Assembly (NCBI GenBank): GCA_950097015.1
Contig: CATNEN010000001.1
Location: 9,858,001-9,922,000, forward strand
DNA: 64,000 nt
Reading direction: 5' to 3'
Origin: Macrostomum hystrix
Taxonomy: Eukaryota > Animalia > Platyhelminthes
A program made the position numbers and the translations under genes. Under the pieces are notes generated by a model. It ran no database searches, was not told the DNA's origin, and saw only the letters and a program-made list of their open reading frames with translations. Positions 63,270-64,000 of this stretch are shown piece by piece (the stretch's first letter is position 1; each line of letters opens with the position of its first letter).

Positions 63270-64000
63270 TCAATGATAATAATACGCAGGGGGCCTAATG
63301 TTCGCGCGGTCTCTCAGCCGCCGACCCCAGGCTGCTGCCGGAGGTGTGCCCCCTCGTTGAGGAGTCGGAATGCGACCCGCAGTCGCCTGTCTTGGCGGAC
63401 TGGCTAGCCGCGGGCTCTGCCTAGCTGGCGTCTCGTCCGGGCTCACCGCTCTGGGTGGAGTCCGCGGACTGTTTCTTTCTACCTGTCCTGTCTGTGGACT
63501 GGTCTGTTGTCCTGTCTGTGGACTGTTCTGTTGTCCTGTCTGTGGACTGGTATTATCAGTATTCTGAATTCTATCCCTTTCGCTGACTCTATCTCTAGCA
63601 CCTTCACCTTCTCTGTCTCGGTGGATTAGATTTCCTAAGCTTGGTCTCTGGACTTCTATATGAATGCTAGACTCTTCTGAGTCTTCTTCTTCGACAGGGC
63701 GGTCATCTCCATTTCGCCACTGCCGCAACTGGTCGTCTCTAAGATGGCAGGGTTTTGCTCTGTCTACAGTGATCACATCATGAATTCTTGCTGGCTGTTC
63801 TATGCCATCAACTTTAGGTCCAGGCTCGACTTTCAGATTTTTTCCATTATTCCTAACTTCTAAGACTCTGTATGGTCCGACCCACTTCCTGTTACTGTCG
63901 AAACATTTCTGGGTATTCGCGAGCCATATCAGGTCTCCTGCTTTGTAGAAATTTCTAAAGGCTTTGGCGTCGTAATTAGTTTTCTGTCGGTTTACCGAAA
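63270..64000 (-). CDS. Gypsy pol C-terminus (integrase GPY/F region), continues beyond the window
   Basis: RQKTNYD...YKAGDLIWL...KWVGPYRV...TVDRAKP...RRLRDRANIRPPAYY*. Confidence 0.85.
   Translation of the reverse strand, partial: SVNRQKTNYDAKAFRNFYKAGDLIWLANTQKCFDSNRKWVGPYRVLEVRNNGKNLKVEPGPKVDGIEQPARIHDVITVDRAKPCHLRDDQLRQWRNGDDRPVEEEDSEESSIHIEVQRPSLGNLIHRDREGEGARDRVSERDRIQNTDNTSPQTGQQNSPQTGQQTSPQTGQVERNSPRTPPRAVSPDETPARQSPRLASPPRQATAGRIPTPQRGGTPPAAAWGRRLRDRANIRPPAYYYH

Larger units (their letters stand above)
60995..64000 (-). mobile_element. Second Ty3/Gypsy LTR retrotransposon (3' portion) with an additional ORF
   Basis: Integrase C-terminus, extra ORF, PPT and LTR in the correct order on the minus strand. 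Confidence 0.8.

Overview
Eukaryotic (invertebrate animal) genomic DNA with spliceosomal introns, Pol III tRNAs and many minisatellites. The style resembles a flatworm such as Macrostomum, but that is inference only. The left ~37 kb holds host genes: a divergent pair of tRNA-Gly(GCC), a tailless/TLX-like nuclear receptor, an orphan class A GPCR, an unknown gene with a mariner in its intron, an intronless ceramide synthase, PPIL1 and JTB. These are interspersed with TE relics (Crypton-like tyrosine recombinase, mariner, SINE, small non-autonomous LTR element, hAT MITE, Merlin derivative). A 6.8-kb 26-bp satellite follows, then a ~19-kb nested TE cluster: Ty3/Gypsy interrupted by a LINE, a Maverick/Polinton remnant, an EnSpm/CACTA element, and a second Gypsy with an extra ORF. 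The main finding is the full-length, near-intact Ingi/L1Tc-like LINE at 47425-51489 (minus strand). Its first nucleotide next to the 12-bp TSD is the predicted G+1 cleavage site of a CPEB3/HDV-like self-cleaving ribozyme. This is followed by a 2A-like StopGo peptide (GDVEPNPGP), an APE-RT-RNase H ORF and a (CA)n tail.
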